Shown here one piece after another: positions 1 through 12,319 of a DNA stretch of 64,000 nucleotides (the first letter of the stretch is position 1; every line of letters starts with the position of its first letter). The position numbers and the translations under genes are program-made. The DNA comes from Camelus dromedarius (lineage: Eukaryota), in assembly GCF_036321535.1 (NCBI RefSeq), contig NC_087437.1, forward strand, positions 74,712,001-74,776,000. The letters run 5' to 3'. Under the pieces are notes generated by a model, which did no database searches, was not told where the DNA came from, and worked only from the letters and a program-made list of their open reading frames with translations.

Positions 1-199
1 AATTTAGTAGGAGAAGGCAGAGGGCAAACATACTGTTTTCTTAATTTTGCCATATAGATCAGGCAAAGTAGTAGTGGATTAGAACTCAGATAAATGTGGC
101 TTCTTCTTAACAATCTTAAAGTATTTGATAGGTTACGACCTTAACAGCCTCAATTCTAGAGAGATCTGTTTTAAGAAAGAAAAAAATTAAGATTTCTTA

Positions 200-1420
200 C
201 TCTGTGTCAGATACTTAGGAGGGGATAAAAAAATTCGTAAGACAAAACCCATGCAGTACGCTGGAATGAAAATGAGTAAGAGATGCTATGAAAATATATG
301 GGTAGTACCTATATTGGAGTAGTTCAGGGACAATTCAGAAGGAATTACATGCATTGAGGAAGAGCTTACCCGTAACCAGGTAACAATTAGGGCATTTTGG
401 TAGTGGAAACAACCCATAACAATACATGGAAATGGAAGAATATGACATACTTAGAGATTGCAAATAAGTCGACATGATTGAATCTTATTGACAAATAAGC
501 CTGGGAAGAGAAGGAGCAGACTATTGAAGGGTTCATATCTATATTAAGGCCTCATATGTTAGCCTGTGGGTCATAATTTCTCAGTCCCCTTTGGGACATA
601 GACTGTTTTGGGAAAATAATGATAATTACATCCCCTCCATCCAAGAAAATGCACATCGGGCACACACATAAGCAGTGCTTTGGAATTTCTATAGGCATAG
701 AATTCCTAATTGTCATCCATGAGTGCAGAATTTAGCTTTTGATGGTGGAATTGGGTGGAGGTGATGTGAGATGGATGCGAAGGGAAATTAAGGGTCTATT
801 TTTAGGAAGTAGATTGAAATCTTGCCATGGAGACTAGAAACAGAGGGTGAGATTAATAATTCTGGAAAGATATAATTTATGATTAAATTGGCAAAGAATT
901 TAGAGAGGAATGGGCCAAATTTAAGAGTTGTAGGAGTATAGAGGACAGGACGCCATCTTATTAGAGGAAAGGTAGAAGTTCAGTTCAACAGCAAAAAATA
1001 TGTCATGTGGGACATGCTTTATGTGGGTCTAACTTTCAGAGAGAAGTATGGGTTAGAGAGAAACATCTTCGGGAGTCATTAACATACAAATTAAACATAA
1101 ACATATGTAGGAATTAGAAGGGACAGAGGAAAGAAACCTTAAAGAGAATCAGCATATTGGTGGCAGGTAAGCAACAGAGACTGAAAAAGTGCATTTAGAG
1201 GTGGGGAGATGAGAAAAGAAAGCACTGGATAGAGTGGTTCAGAAGGAAGTGGTTGGCAGTGAGAAGGCCTGGCAAGATTATGATTGAGTGCTGTTGGGAA
1301 TGTCAATTTGGGATGTCATTGGTAGGCTTTATGTGAGTAGGTTGAGAGGGTCAGGTGATAGTGATAAGTCCGAGTAGAGCATGTGAAGGACTGGGAACCA
1401 GTCATATTGATGATCTCTAC
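200..1420 (+). mobile_element. Degraded L2-like LINE fragments, interrupted by a MER103-like hAT remnant at about 570-730
   Basis: Purine-rich, L2-like wording (e.g. 'gggagtcattaacatac', 'gagaagtatgggttagagag'). Recognised by eye and heavily decayed. Confidence 0.45.
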
Positions 1421-1479
1421 TACCTGAGCAGAGCATAGGAGATAGCAGATAGTTGAGGCAGTAATATCAAGGGAGCTTG

Positions 1480-1646
1480 TCTCCCTCCCTTCCTCCCACC
1501 CTTCCTCCCTCCCTCCCTCTCTTCCTTCCTTCCTCCCTCTCTTCCTTCCTTCCTTCCTTCTTTCCTTCTTTTCTTCCTTCTTTCCTTCCTCCCTCCCTCC
1601 CTTCTTCCTCCCTTCCTTCTGCCCTTCCTCTCTTTTTCTTCTTTTT
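1480..1646. repeat. Polypyrimidine low-complexity tract, (CCTT)n/(CCCT)n
   Basis: About 165 bp of almost pure C/T, read directly. It explains the spurious ORFs 1467..1667 and 1477..1683. Confidence 0.95.
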
Positions 1647-2074
1647 AATTTTTAATGGAAAAGCCATGAGTGTGTGTGAATAGAGAGGGGATGTCAGAGA
1701 AGCTTTGGGAAGGAAAGGGTGGGTATAAGGATAAAGGAAGTAGAACCAATGATAGTATACAGAATATGAGCCCTGATACTAAACGGAAAATCTTGTTCCT
1801 TTGTTTACTACATAAAATCTTTTTACCCACCATCCTTAAATGGTGGGGCAAACTACTCAAAGCCCAGAATTTTGTGTATTTCTTATTTTATTGGTCACTT
1901 TTAAGGGGTGGTATGGAATGGTCTATCTTATTCTAACAGTTTTTCAAAATTCTTTTCTAACTTGCTTTACAGGAATAAAAAAATAATGAAAAGATTAAGT
2001 GCATTGGGGGAGAAGAAGAAACGCAGTTTGAACACATCAACATCATTCCTCTTAGATGGGCCATGTCCTAATAA

Positions 2075-2270
2075 AAAATAAATGACTACCAGAGGGGAAG
2101 GGATAGATGGGTGGGCAAAATGGGTGAAGTGGGGATAACTGTATGGTAATGATGGTGACAGACTTACCTTGGTCTATACTTGTAGTGTATACGAATATCA
2201 AATTTACTATATGTACATCTGCAACTAATATAATGTTATATGCCAATTCTACTTCAATTAGAAAAAATGT
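2075..2270 (+). mobile_element. L1 3' end fragment
   Basis: Typical L1 3' terminus 'ctgcaactaatataatgttatatgccaattctacttcaattagaaaaaa' followed by A-rich sequence. Confidence 0.7.
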
Positions 2271-2659
2271 AGAAATCTATTGAAAACAACAACAAAAACT
2301 GCTATTGCTATTAATACCACAAATAAAATAAAATAAAACAAAATTTTAAAAACCCCAAATGTTTGTTAGAATTCACCTGTGAAGTCATCTGGCTTTTGTT
2401 TGTTGGGAAGTGTTTTGATTACTGATTCAATCTCCTTATTAGTAATCAAGGGAGGGAAAAAAAAGGAATATGGAGATCCCACAGCTAAAGTGACTTGCAT
2501 CCCAATGTTTGCCGTGCTCTGTCCTAGCCATCCTCAGTGTTGCCTGATGCCTTGAGTAGAGATGGGAATGTCTGGATTCTGTGCTGAGGTTTACCAAAGA
2601 GTGACTGCTACTGCTTCAAGTATTAGCTATATAGAATATAATTTGGTTTTGTTTTAATT

Positions 2660-3705
2660 AATAGATTTTTAAAGCAGTTCTAGGCTTTCAGAAAACAGAG
2701 CTCTCAAACACTACCTCCTCCTCCATTTCCCCATATCCTCTACTATCAACATCCTGCACCCGAGTGGTACGGTTGTTGAACCTACATTGACCCATCATTA
2801 TCACCCAAAGCCCATAGTTTACATTAGGTCTCATTCTTTGTGTCATTCATCCTGGGGGTTTTGATCAGTGTATAATGACATATACCCACCATACAAAATA
2901 GTTTCACTGCCCTATACAAATGCCCTGTGCTCCACCTATTTAACACTTCTTCCCCTCTACCCCTGACCACTGATCCTCTTACTGTCTCCATAGCTTTGCC
3001 TTTTTACAGAATGTCATACAGTTGGAATCATACAATAGCCTTTTCAGATTGACTTCTTTCACAGCAATGTGTATTTGAGGTTCTTCCATGTTTTTTTCAT
3101 GCTTGGAGAGCTCACTTCTTTTTAATGCTGAATATTATATTGTCTGGATGTACAATAATTTATTCATCCACATATTGAAGGCACCTTCGTTGCTTCCAAG
3201 TTTTGGCAATTATGAGAAAAGCTGCTATAAACATTTGTGTTCAGGTTTTTGTGTGAACATACATTTTCAACTCATTTGGGTAAATACCAAGGAGCATGAT
3301 TTCTGAATTATACGAGTGTGTTTAGTTTTGTAAGAAACTGCCAAACTGTTTTCCAAGGTGGCTATACTATTTTACATTCCCACCAGCAATGAATGAGGGT
3401 TCCTTCTGCTCCACATCCTCACCAGCATTTGGGGTTGTCAGTGCTTTGGATTTTGACCATTCTAAAAGGTGCGTAGTAGTAACTCCTTTTAATTTGCAAT
3501 TCCCTAGTGACATATGATGTGGAGCATCTTTCCATAGGGTTATTTGCCATCTTTATATTTTGGTGAGGTGTCTGTTCAGGTCTTTTGCTCATTAAAAAAA
3601 AAAAATCTGGTTATTATTGAGTATTAAGAGTTCTTTTTTATATTTTGGATATAGTTTTGCAAATATTTTCCCCAGATATGTGGGTGTTCTATCATTCTCT
3701 GGATT
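2660..3705 (-). mobile_element. Old L1 (L1MB/L1MC-like) 3' UTR and end of ORF2
   Basis: Antisense L1 motifs 'ttttacattcccaccagcaatgaatgagggttcc' and 'tttaatttgcaattccctagtgacatatgatgtggagcatc'. Confidence 0.8.
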
Positions 3706-4169
3706 AGTCATTTAGCAAATTGGTGTTTAAAGTGATTGATATAGATGGATTAAGATCTATATTTGTTTTTTTGCCCTAGTTTCTTATTTTTTTCATCTTC
3801 CCCTCTTTCCCTTTTTACCTCAGTTGAACATTTTGATTCCATTTTCCCCCTCTTTGCATGTCAATTATGCTTTCACTACTTTTTATTAGTGCTTGCCCTT
3901 GAGTTTGCAATAAATAATTACAAATAATCCATGTTCTCTTTCAAATAACAACATATCACTTCATGAGTATTACAAGTGCCTTGTAATACAGTATTCCCAA
4001 TTCTTCTTCCTTACAACATTGCTGTCATTCATTTTACTTACCTATTTATTTATTTTGAACAAACTATGTGTTAGATCAATTAAGAATAAGAAAAAAATAT
4101 TTTATCTTTATTTCTTCTCTAAAACTTCCTTTAGAGCTGATTTTCTGACCTATATCGTATTTTTTGAAG

Positions 4170-4790
4170 TTTTTTTTTTTTTTTTTTTTTTTTTAAGAAT
4201 CCAGCTTTATTAAGCCAGACGTTATCGCAAAAGATTTGTAAAACAATGCCAGTCTTCTGACTAAATTCATTTTAGGAAAATATAGTTATTCTTTATAAAG
4301 ACATTTATAATATCAACAAGTAGTGGGTTTATTGTTATTTTTAATAAGTAAATATATTCTGGGTTAGGGACCTTTGCAGAGTCTCTCCCAAGGCTCCAAG
4401 CATTCAAGCGGAGCCAGCATTCTATGTGAATCGTTGCTATTTTCGAGCATCCTCAAAAGATCCCTGGCTGATTGGGGTTCACAACTGCGACGTATCGGTG
4501 GGCGGAGCTCAGGCGAGAGTGAGCAGTAACTCTCTCGCCCTTCCGTCCAGAGTGGGGCGCAGCACGTCTCTGGAACCTGCACGGCTCCCGCTTGGTTCCG
4601 GTCGGAGCGACCTAGGGGCGCACGCCCGCCGGGCTGCGCTGGTGGTGAGGTGTTCGGCGTGCAGGAGCCTGCGGCCTTCGCAACGGTCCCGAGGGGACGG
4701 GGACGACAGAAGTAAGGGGTAAGGTCCAGTGACAGCAGCCTCTTGCTGCTGCCCTTCGGGAAACTTCTCCAGCCCTTCCACTTCCCGCAC
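4170..4790 (-). pseudogene. Processed retrocopy of an unidentified CpG-island-derived non-coding transcript
   Basis: T25 at 4170-4194 is a poly(A) tail on the minus strand. TTTATT at 4206-4211 is AATAAA on the minus strand, 11 nt before the tail. About 29 CpG occur in 4488-4790 within otherwise CpG-poor DNA. It interrupts an L1 at a single point. Confidence 0.85.
4195..4350 (-). mobile_element. Charlie1-like hAT transposon fragment forming the 3' end of the retrocopy
   Basis: The minus strand reads 'aataactatattttcctaaaatgaatttagtcagaagactggcattgttttaca...cgtctggcttaataaagctggattct'. This matches the recalled Charlie1 consensus 'aataactatattttcc...atttagtgagaagagtggcattgttttaca...tgtctggcttaatagaagacagctggattctc'. 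Confidence 0.7.
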
Positions 4791-5604
4791 CCTTCTCTGA
4801 AAAATTTCTTTTAACATTTTTTGAGAGACAGATCTACTGGTGACCAATTGCCTCAGTTTTTGTCTGAGAAGGCATTTCTCCACTTTTGAAGGATAATTTT
4901 GCTGAACACAAAATTCTAGATTTTTTTCCCCTTTAGATACTTTAAATATTACTTCACTCTTTGCTTGTTTGCATATTTCCTGAGGAGAGGTCATAAATTT
5001 CCCCTTTTGCCTCCAACCTTCATTTTGAAAACATTAAAACACAGAAGAACTATAAACAGTATGATGAATACCTGTATCCTCTCCACCTAAATTTAGTGTG
5101 CTCATATTTTTCTATATTTGCTATATATTATTATAGCATATATACATTTTTTTTTACTAAATCATTTAAAAGTTGTAGAGATCATGAATTATCACCAAAA
5201 ACTGTCTGCATGTATTTCCTAAGGAAAAAAAATCTTTACATAAACATAGTACCACTGTCACTTTTATGAAAATAATATATCCATAATATCTAATAACCAG
5301 AGTTTTTCAAATGTTCACAATTGTGCAAAATGTTTCTAAACAAAATCCAGTCAATGTTCACACATTATATTTAGTTATTAAAACTTTTTCAGGATCAACT
5401 CCCCATTTTTTTCATTACAGTTTTTTTTTTGAGGAGTCTAAGCCAATTGTTTAGCAGAAGGTCCTACCTTCAGAATGAGAGGAAATTCCTCCCTTTGTCT
5501 TACTCTTTTTATTTCTATTATAAAATGAATACATGCTCATTATAGTAAAAAGAAGTGTGGAAAGTGAAAACCATGTATTTAAAATTTCCAAGAGACAGTA
5601 AGTA

Positions 5605-6960
5605 AGTATACGTTAACAGAAGGGTCAGTTTGTCAAGAAGATGTAACAAAGGTATATGTACCAAACACAGTCCAGAATCACATGATGCAAACAAAACTGA
5701 AGGGATAAATAGACAGTTCCACAGTAGTTGGAAATTTCAATACCCCACTTTTAATAATGTATAGAAGATAAAATTTCAATAAGGTAATAGAAAATTTAAA
5801 TAATACTGTAAACCAACTAGACCTAACAAACATCTATAGAATCCCCAACTACTGTAGAATGCATATTCTCAAGTTCATCTGAAACATTGTCCAGGATAGA
5901 CAATATGTTAGGCCACAAAACATGTCTCAATAAGTTTTAAAAAATTTGAATCATGCAAAATATTTCCTCTGACCAAAATGGAATGAAGAAATCAGTAGAA
6001 TCCATAATAGAAGGAAATGAATAGAAGACATAACAGAAGGAAAACTAGAAGACTCACATCTGTGTGGAAATTACACAGCACACTTCAAAATAACCTATGG
6101 ATCAAGGAATAAATCACAAGGGAAATTAGAAAATACTTAGAGATTTGAAAATGCAACATACCAAAACTTATGGATGTAGTGAAAACAGTGCTCATTATGG
6201 AAATTTTGTAGTAAATGCCTACCTTTAAAAAGGAGAAAGATCTCAGATTAATAACCTAATTGTATTCCTTAACACATCTGTAAAGGAATCTTTCTAAACT
6301 AAAGTTAGAAGATAGAGGAAATAATGAGTATTAGAGCAGATATAAATGAAATAAATAATATAAAAACAGTAGAATCAGTGAAACTATAAATTCTTTGAAA
6401 ATATCAAAATTGACAGATCTTTATCTATATGAAAAAAACCAAATTGCTAAAATTAGAAAGGGGAACAGTATCAATTTTATATAAATAAAAAGGATTATTG
6501 AGAAAATATTGTGAACAGCTTACCAACAAATTGTGTAAGCTGGATAAAATGGAAAAATTCATAGAAACCTATAAACTACCAAAACTGACTCAAGAAAGAC
6601 AGAAAATCTGACAAGTTAGGCAAGAAAAAGAAATAAACATAATCTAACTTGGAAAGGCAGAAATAAAGTTATGTCTATACACACGTAATATATTACATAT
6701 AGAAAGCTCAAAATCATCCATCAAAAAACTGTTAGAGCTAATTAACAAATACAGGAAATTTGCAGAACATAAAAATCAACACGCAAAAAATCAGTTGTTA
6801 TTTTTTTCTATCAGCGGTGATGATCTGAAAAGGAAATTAAGAAAATGATTCCATTTACGATAGCATCAGAAACAGCATAAAATACTAAGGAATAAACTTT
6901 ACTAAGAAGGTACAAAAGACTTGTACACCAAAAACTGTAAAACATTGCTGAAAGAATTAC
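5605..6960 (+). mobile_element. Degraded L1 ORF2 (endonuclease region joined to RT region by an internal deletion near 6612)
   Basis: EN-region motifs 'gttggaaatttcaataccccacttt' and 'ccaggatagacaatatgttaggccacaaaaca', then a jump to RT-region 'gttaggcaagaaaaagaaataaa'. Many stops and indels. Confidence 0.85.
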
Positions 6961-9480
6961 CTTTCCCTCTTAGTTCATTAGTGTGGTTAAAAAAAAATTG
7001 ATCAATTTCAAATGTGGAAACACACTTGTATTTTTTATACTGCTAGCTTATCATGATTCATTTTATTATTATATTTTATATATTTTATTTGAAAATTTTT
7101 GCACCAAAGAAATGTTGAAAGAATAAAAATAATTTACCATTTGTTAACATTTGGGCCATATTTAATAAACTTCTTTTTCCATTTGTTTTTGATTGGTTGG
7201 TTACCCTGCCAGATAGAGTAAGCAGACACATTCTTCTCCCCTAAATACTTGCACCTTCTAAGTATAAGGGTATTCTTAATAATCACAATATCATTAACAA
7301 TCACAATATCATTATAAAACCTAAGAAATAAACAGCCATTCCATAATAGCATCTAATGTCTAGTTCATATTCAAATACGCTTAATTGTCCCCAAAATATG
7401 TTTTGTAGTTTTCTTTTAAAAATCCAGGATTTAATAGTCAGACTTTCCATTTGATTGTAGTATCTTTCTAGTTCCTTTTAATGAAGAAAGATCTGTTTTT
7501 TTTTTTTTTTTTTTGAATCTTTAATGATATTGACCTTTTGAGAGAAAAGGTCAGTATTCTTGTACATTATACTACATTCTGGATTGTTTTTTACCTCATG
7601 GTGTTCTTTGACTAATTTTCTATATTTCCTGTAAACTCGAAATTAAGACTGAAGGTTGATTAGATTCAGATAAAACATTTTTGGCAAGAATACTTCATGG
7701 AGGAGATGAGGGCTTTATATTTCATTGCATGAGAAGGTGTACAATTCAGATCATCTCATCATTATATTAAAAATGTTATCACTTTGTTAAAGTGATGACC
7801 ACCAGATTTCTCCAAGGTCTAGATGCAGTTTTCACTTGGAAATTTGTACAGCTCTTAAGGGTGATACTTTTACACCATGTGACTGTCTCTCCCCTTCCCA
7901 ACAAATCTTCACCTAATGAATTGTAGCATCCAATGGTCATCCATTTTCTGAATCAATTATTACACTGATGGTTGTAAAATCTTATCAATCTTTATTCATT
8001 TTTTTAGTTGGCATTCTGTTATAAAGAAGAACTTTCCCTACCCTCTTTCCTTTTTGAGTACCATTATGGCCTCATGGTTTTAAAATGTTTTATAATTTAT
8101 TTTTTAATTAAAAATTGTTTTTGTATTTAACTTTTGTTTATGTGTTATAATCAATTAATATTATCATAATGCATTAAAAGACTCTTGGATTCAGTTAGCT
8201 CATATTTTATTCAAAATTGTGTTAAACAAGTGATTAGCTTTATCATATTTTTTAATGTACCGACTTACTGTTTCTATAATACAGATTATACCAGTATTAT
8301 TAACAGAGTTTGGAAATGTTATCTCTTTCTATTTTTTGGAACAAGTTGTATAATAAGGAAATTATTTAGTACTTGAAAGTTTGTGGTATTCACATGTAAA
8401 AACATCTAGGCAGGATTTATATTGAGGGAAATATGTGATGATTATTTCAATTTCTTAAATCAGTATTGGTTTATTCAAGTTTTCTGTTTATTTTTATGCT
8501 ACTTATTCCATCTTATATTTTTGCAGAACTTTTGTTTCTTGCAAGTTTTCAAAGTTATCATGATATTTTTTTGTCTACACTGTCAGTAGTTAATTTCTCT
8601 TTTAGATTCTATATTTTGTTTATTTGATTTTTCTCTTGTTTTCATACTCAGTCTTTTTAGAAATTTATTCATGTTATTAATCTTTCCAAAGAATAATGCC
8701 CAGGTAGGGTTCTTCAGGAAGCAGACTCTGAGACAGAGGATAGGGTACAGGATATTGGGGAGTATCTTTGGAACCAACAGCTATGGAAGAGAAGGGAAGA
8801 AAGTAGGATTGGGGAGAGGGAGAAACCAGAAGTTGATGCAAGCAGGAATCAAAGGCTTGGCCAATCTCTAGGGGGTAGTTTTGGAGCTAAACTGTCAGGG
8901 TTGGCCCACCTTAGGTCAAATGTTTCTGCCCTATACCCTAGCCAAGGGAGTCACTAGTTGTGGGCTGCTCAGGGAAGATCATGACCTTGGGCAGAGGCAT
9001 CTGTCTGCAACTAAGAGGCTGTTCCAGGGACTGATAGCTGGAGGCTATCTCCTGACTACAGTCTCTTTCACTGCAGGGGAATCTGGGCAACTCATGTCCA
9101 AGTCCACGACAGCTGATTTCTGGTTTTGATCATTTTCTGCCTTGCTGTTTTATTTTCTGGTTCCTTAATTTCTGTTATTATCTTTCTTTTTCCTTCTTCT
9201 ATGTTTTTTTTGAACTTATTCAGTGGTTCTTTTTCTAGCTGGGGTTGTAATTTTCCTTGAGTTAAATTATTGGCTCATTTATATTCAGTCCTTCTGTATT
9301 TTGATCAATATTTTTAAAGCTAGAATTTTCCTCATTAAGAACTGCTTTCTCTAATTACAGGAAGTTCTCATTTTTTCAAAACACTTTCTTCTTTGTATTT
9401 TTTCCCTCTTCTAGGGCTCTGATTAAATATTGTTAACTTTAATCCTTAATAGCTCTTACTTTTATTTCATAATTTTATCT
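6960..9480 (-). mobile_element. Patchwork of old antisense L1M fragments (L1MC/L1ME-like)
   Basis: T-rich antisense L1 wording such as 'tattcacatgtaaaaacatctagg' and 'tattggtttattcaagttttct'. Interrupted by the LTR at 8697-9110. Confidence 0.55.
8697..9110 (-). mobile_element. ERVL solo LTR, LTR33-like
   Basis: Starts 'tgcccaggtagggttcttcaggaagcagactctgagacag' and ends '...tccacgaca'. TG..CA termini; resembles the recalled LTR33 consensus. Confidence 0.65.
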
Positions 9481-11790
9481 TGGGTTTATATCTGGAAGAT
9501 CAGGATTAGTAAGGCATTTGCCAGATGGAAGGAGTTTTGAACAAGGAGTTCCTAGAATCTTTCTTCTCTTACGTCTGACAGGACATGTAAATGCCCAGAG
9601 TAAATTTATGCTACCATGAAAGGCAGTAACTCTGCTCCTCAGCAAGCCAGCAGGATTTCCACCACCTCCAGGATGCCACAAAGTGGGAGAAAAACGAGCA
9701 TGTCACTGTTAGTTCTGTCTCAGCCAGTCTCCAAATTATTTTGCTCTTCTTTTCTATTTAGTGTTTGTATCTAATCTTCCAACCACACAAATGGCTTCTA
9801 GTTATTGTACTCTCTCCAGATGCTTTTATTTCATACCTGTGTTTTTGAACCTAGCTGCCCATAATTTGTCCTCTGCTCTGTGGGGATAGAAGGAGGGCAA
9901 AGAAGGGAGAGTCTGTGGTCCCAAATGAGCACTTATTCTCATCTTTTATATTTTTATTGCTTTCACTTAGAACTCTGCAGGCTTGAGAATATGAGTGTTT
10001 GTGACCTGCAGTATATTTTGTAGGACTAAGGTGAGACTAACCTAAACTCAGGTTATTGATGGCTAATGGCACAATTGTCCAATCGTCAGTCTATTTTAGA
10101 GGGAGCCCAAAACAGTAGGGAGATTAGAAGAGAAAGATCAAATGCCACTTGGAATCCTTCTCGGTAGAGTGCTTTGTTGGACTCTCAGGGCAAAATAGAC
10201 TTAGGGTAAAGTTCTATGAGATTTGTCTTCTAAAAGTGTCATAGATGAATTGTCTGCTAGTGTAAGAATTTCTTGCCTAAAGACTCTGGCCTAGAGACCA
10301 GCACAGGATTAAAAAACATGATATCATCAGTCTTTGAAGTAACCAAGGAGTGTAATTCAATAACCCAAAGAAAATCAAGTCTGGCTGTGTTATTTATTGT
10401 CTACCATTTCAGTTTGTCATTCTTTCTTCATTTAAAGTTCTGTTCATTCTATTTTTTCCTTATTGTTGTGTGTAAAGAGTCTATCTTTCTTGACTTCAAA
10501 ATCAATGTGTATAGCTAGAAGCTGCTCTTGATTTGTATTTACGATTTCAGATTTGCCTCTAGGTACTAGAGAAAGAGCGATGTACTCTCAGGCCATGTAA
10601 CCTAATATGAAGGAATAGAAGAGATCATTTGAATTAATATTTGTGACCTAAAAAAAAGAACCATAATGATTAGGACACCATAGTGAAGATGGTTGCCAGA
10701 GTGACACAATGCCATCCAAAAAGAACCTTTTTAAGGGCCTGAAAATCCACTAAAATAAAGTCATTGCAACCAGTCACGTTTGTTCATTCAGTGTGTGTTA
10801 ATCTTTCAGGGAACCAGGCTTTGCTCGTTTCTGATGGCGTGATCCAATTGGAAACACTGCCCATGCTGACATTGCAGTTGAGAATACAGACAAATGAAAG
10901 ACAACATTACAGATGGGACAAATGAGGATGAGTGCCTGACTCAAGCAAGGAAGGGACAGAATAAATGGGTCTATTCAAGCTTAATCATGGAAACCAGGGT
11001 AAAAAGAATAAAAATGGTTTATATCTATTTGTGAACTCTATGTGCCAGGGGCTATGTTAGGATCTAAGTGAACCCTGCTGAAAAAAATAGAGATGGTCCC
11101 TGCCTTTATATAGTTCAGAATATGGTAGGGAAGACTTGTACATTACATCATATGCGAAAGGAGATCCACCTTTTATGAAGAAAGAGAACAGGGCCAACAA
11201 GAGTCAGTACTTGAAGGGATCTTCTATCATGTGGTTTTAAATAAGTCACATCTGGACCAAAAGAAGGAAGAGGATACATTCAGACTCAAGGAGGCTAATA
11301 ATTTGCCTATGGAACTAGAACTAACATGTTTAGGATCCAGAACTTAAATCAAGTTGGCTTCAAAATCGTAACTATAATTTAATGACCCAGAGGTTCCCCA
11401 GAGAGTAAACTTCTCTAGGGCAGGGGCTGTATTTTTATTATCCTATTTTTATCACACTATCTTAAATCTAATACATGGTGGGCACTTAATGAGTTGTTAT
11501 CAAGTAAATGCATTTGAAGTATTGAGCTTCTATAGGGAAAAGAGTAGAACATTAAAGGCATTATAGAAATCATGTTACAGAAGGAGGGGGAAGCTTGCTT
11601 TAGAATCTGACAAACATACTAGACAATTTGGGTTAGAAAGAAAATAAATGAGAGCCTTGGTGAAAGAGAATTAGGGATAAATATTAACATCATTATAGTT
11701 ATGTTTGGAGAGAACATATTACATAAAATAAAGATAAACAGTGAAGGAAGATCAAAATAAAAGATGAGAAATTTTTGTAATCAACTGCTT

Positions 11791-12072
11791 TTTTAAATAT
11801 TTCTTTTTATTATTATTGAAGTATAGTTGATGTACAATACTATATGTTACAGGTGTGCAATATACTGATTCACAGTTTTTAAAGGTCTTACTCCATTTAT
11901 AGTTATTATAAAATACTGGCTAAATTCCCCATGTTGCCATATTCTACAATATATCTTTGTAGCTTTTTTTTTCCTTGTAGTTTATTTTATACCTAATGGT
12001 TTGTACCTCTTAATTCCCTATCCCTGTATTGCCCAGCTCACTTCCCTCTCCCCACTGGTGACCACTAGTTTG
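11791..12072 (-). mobile_element. 5'-truncated L1 3' end with TSD
   Basis: T-rich tail then 'attgaagtatagttgatgtacaatac'. Flanked by ATCAACTGCTT at 11780-11790 and 12073-12083. Confidence 0.9.
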
Positions 12073-12091
12073 ATCAACTGCTTCTCTTAAG

Positions 12092-12094
<3 letters not shown>

Positions 12095-12124
<30 letters not shown>
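12095..12124. repeat. (TG)n microsatellite
   Basis: Directly visible perfect dinucleotide run. Confidence 0.95.
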
Positions 12125-12128
<4 letters not shown>

Positions 12129-12319
12129 ACATTATTGTAGCTGAATATTCATCAGTTGCTGAGAAAGGGTATTTGGTCTCCCCCTGTCTTTCCTTTCTAC
12201 AGAATGTAAGGTTTTTTTTGTGTGTATTAAATGAATATTCAGATAAACTTCTTTCTAGTATTTCATTCTTACAAAAATGCTGCAGTAAACAATTTTGTGT
12301 ATGTTATTTTGTACTACTG

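Larger units (their letters stand above)
3720..4995 (-). mobile_element. Old L1M ORF1/inter-ORF fragment, split by the retrocopy at 4170-4790
   Basis: 'ttttctgacctatatcgtatt' (left) and 'ccttctctgaaaaatttcttttaacatttt...ccacttttgaaggataatttt' (right) rejoin into continuous L1-like sequence. The N-terminus of ORF 4509..4994 (IFKVSKGEKNLEFCVQQNYPSK) resembles L1 ORF1p. Confidence 0.7.

Noticed and set aside
1467..1683. ORFs rich in E/G/R/K or P/S/L/F
   Set aside because: They are translations of the (CCTT)n tract.
4364..4994. ORFs of 72, 98 and 161 aa across the GC-rich insert, and a 28-aa ATG ORF (MLENSNDSHR...)
   Set aside because: The 161-aa ORF starts in flanking L1 and crosses the insertion junction. 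The others match no protein I know and are expected by chance in GC-rich DNA.
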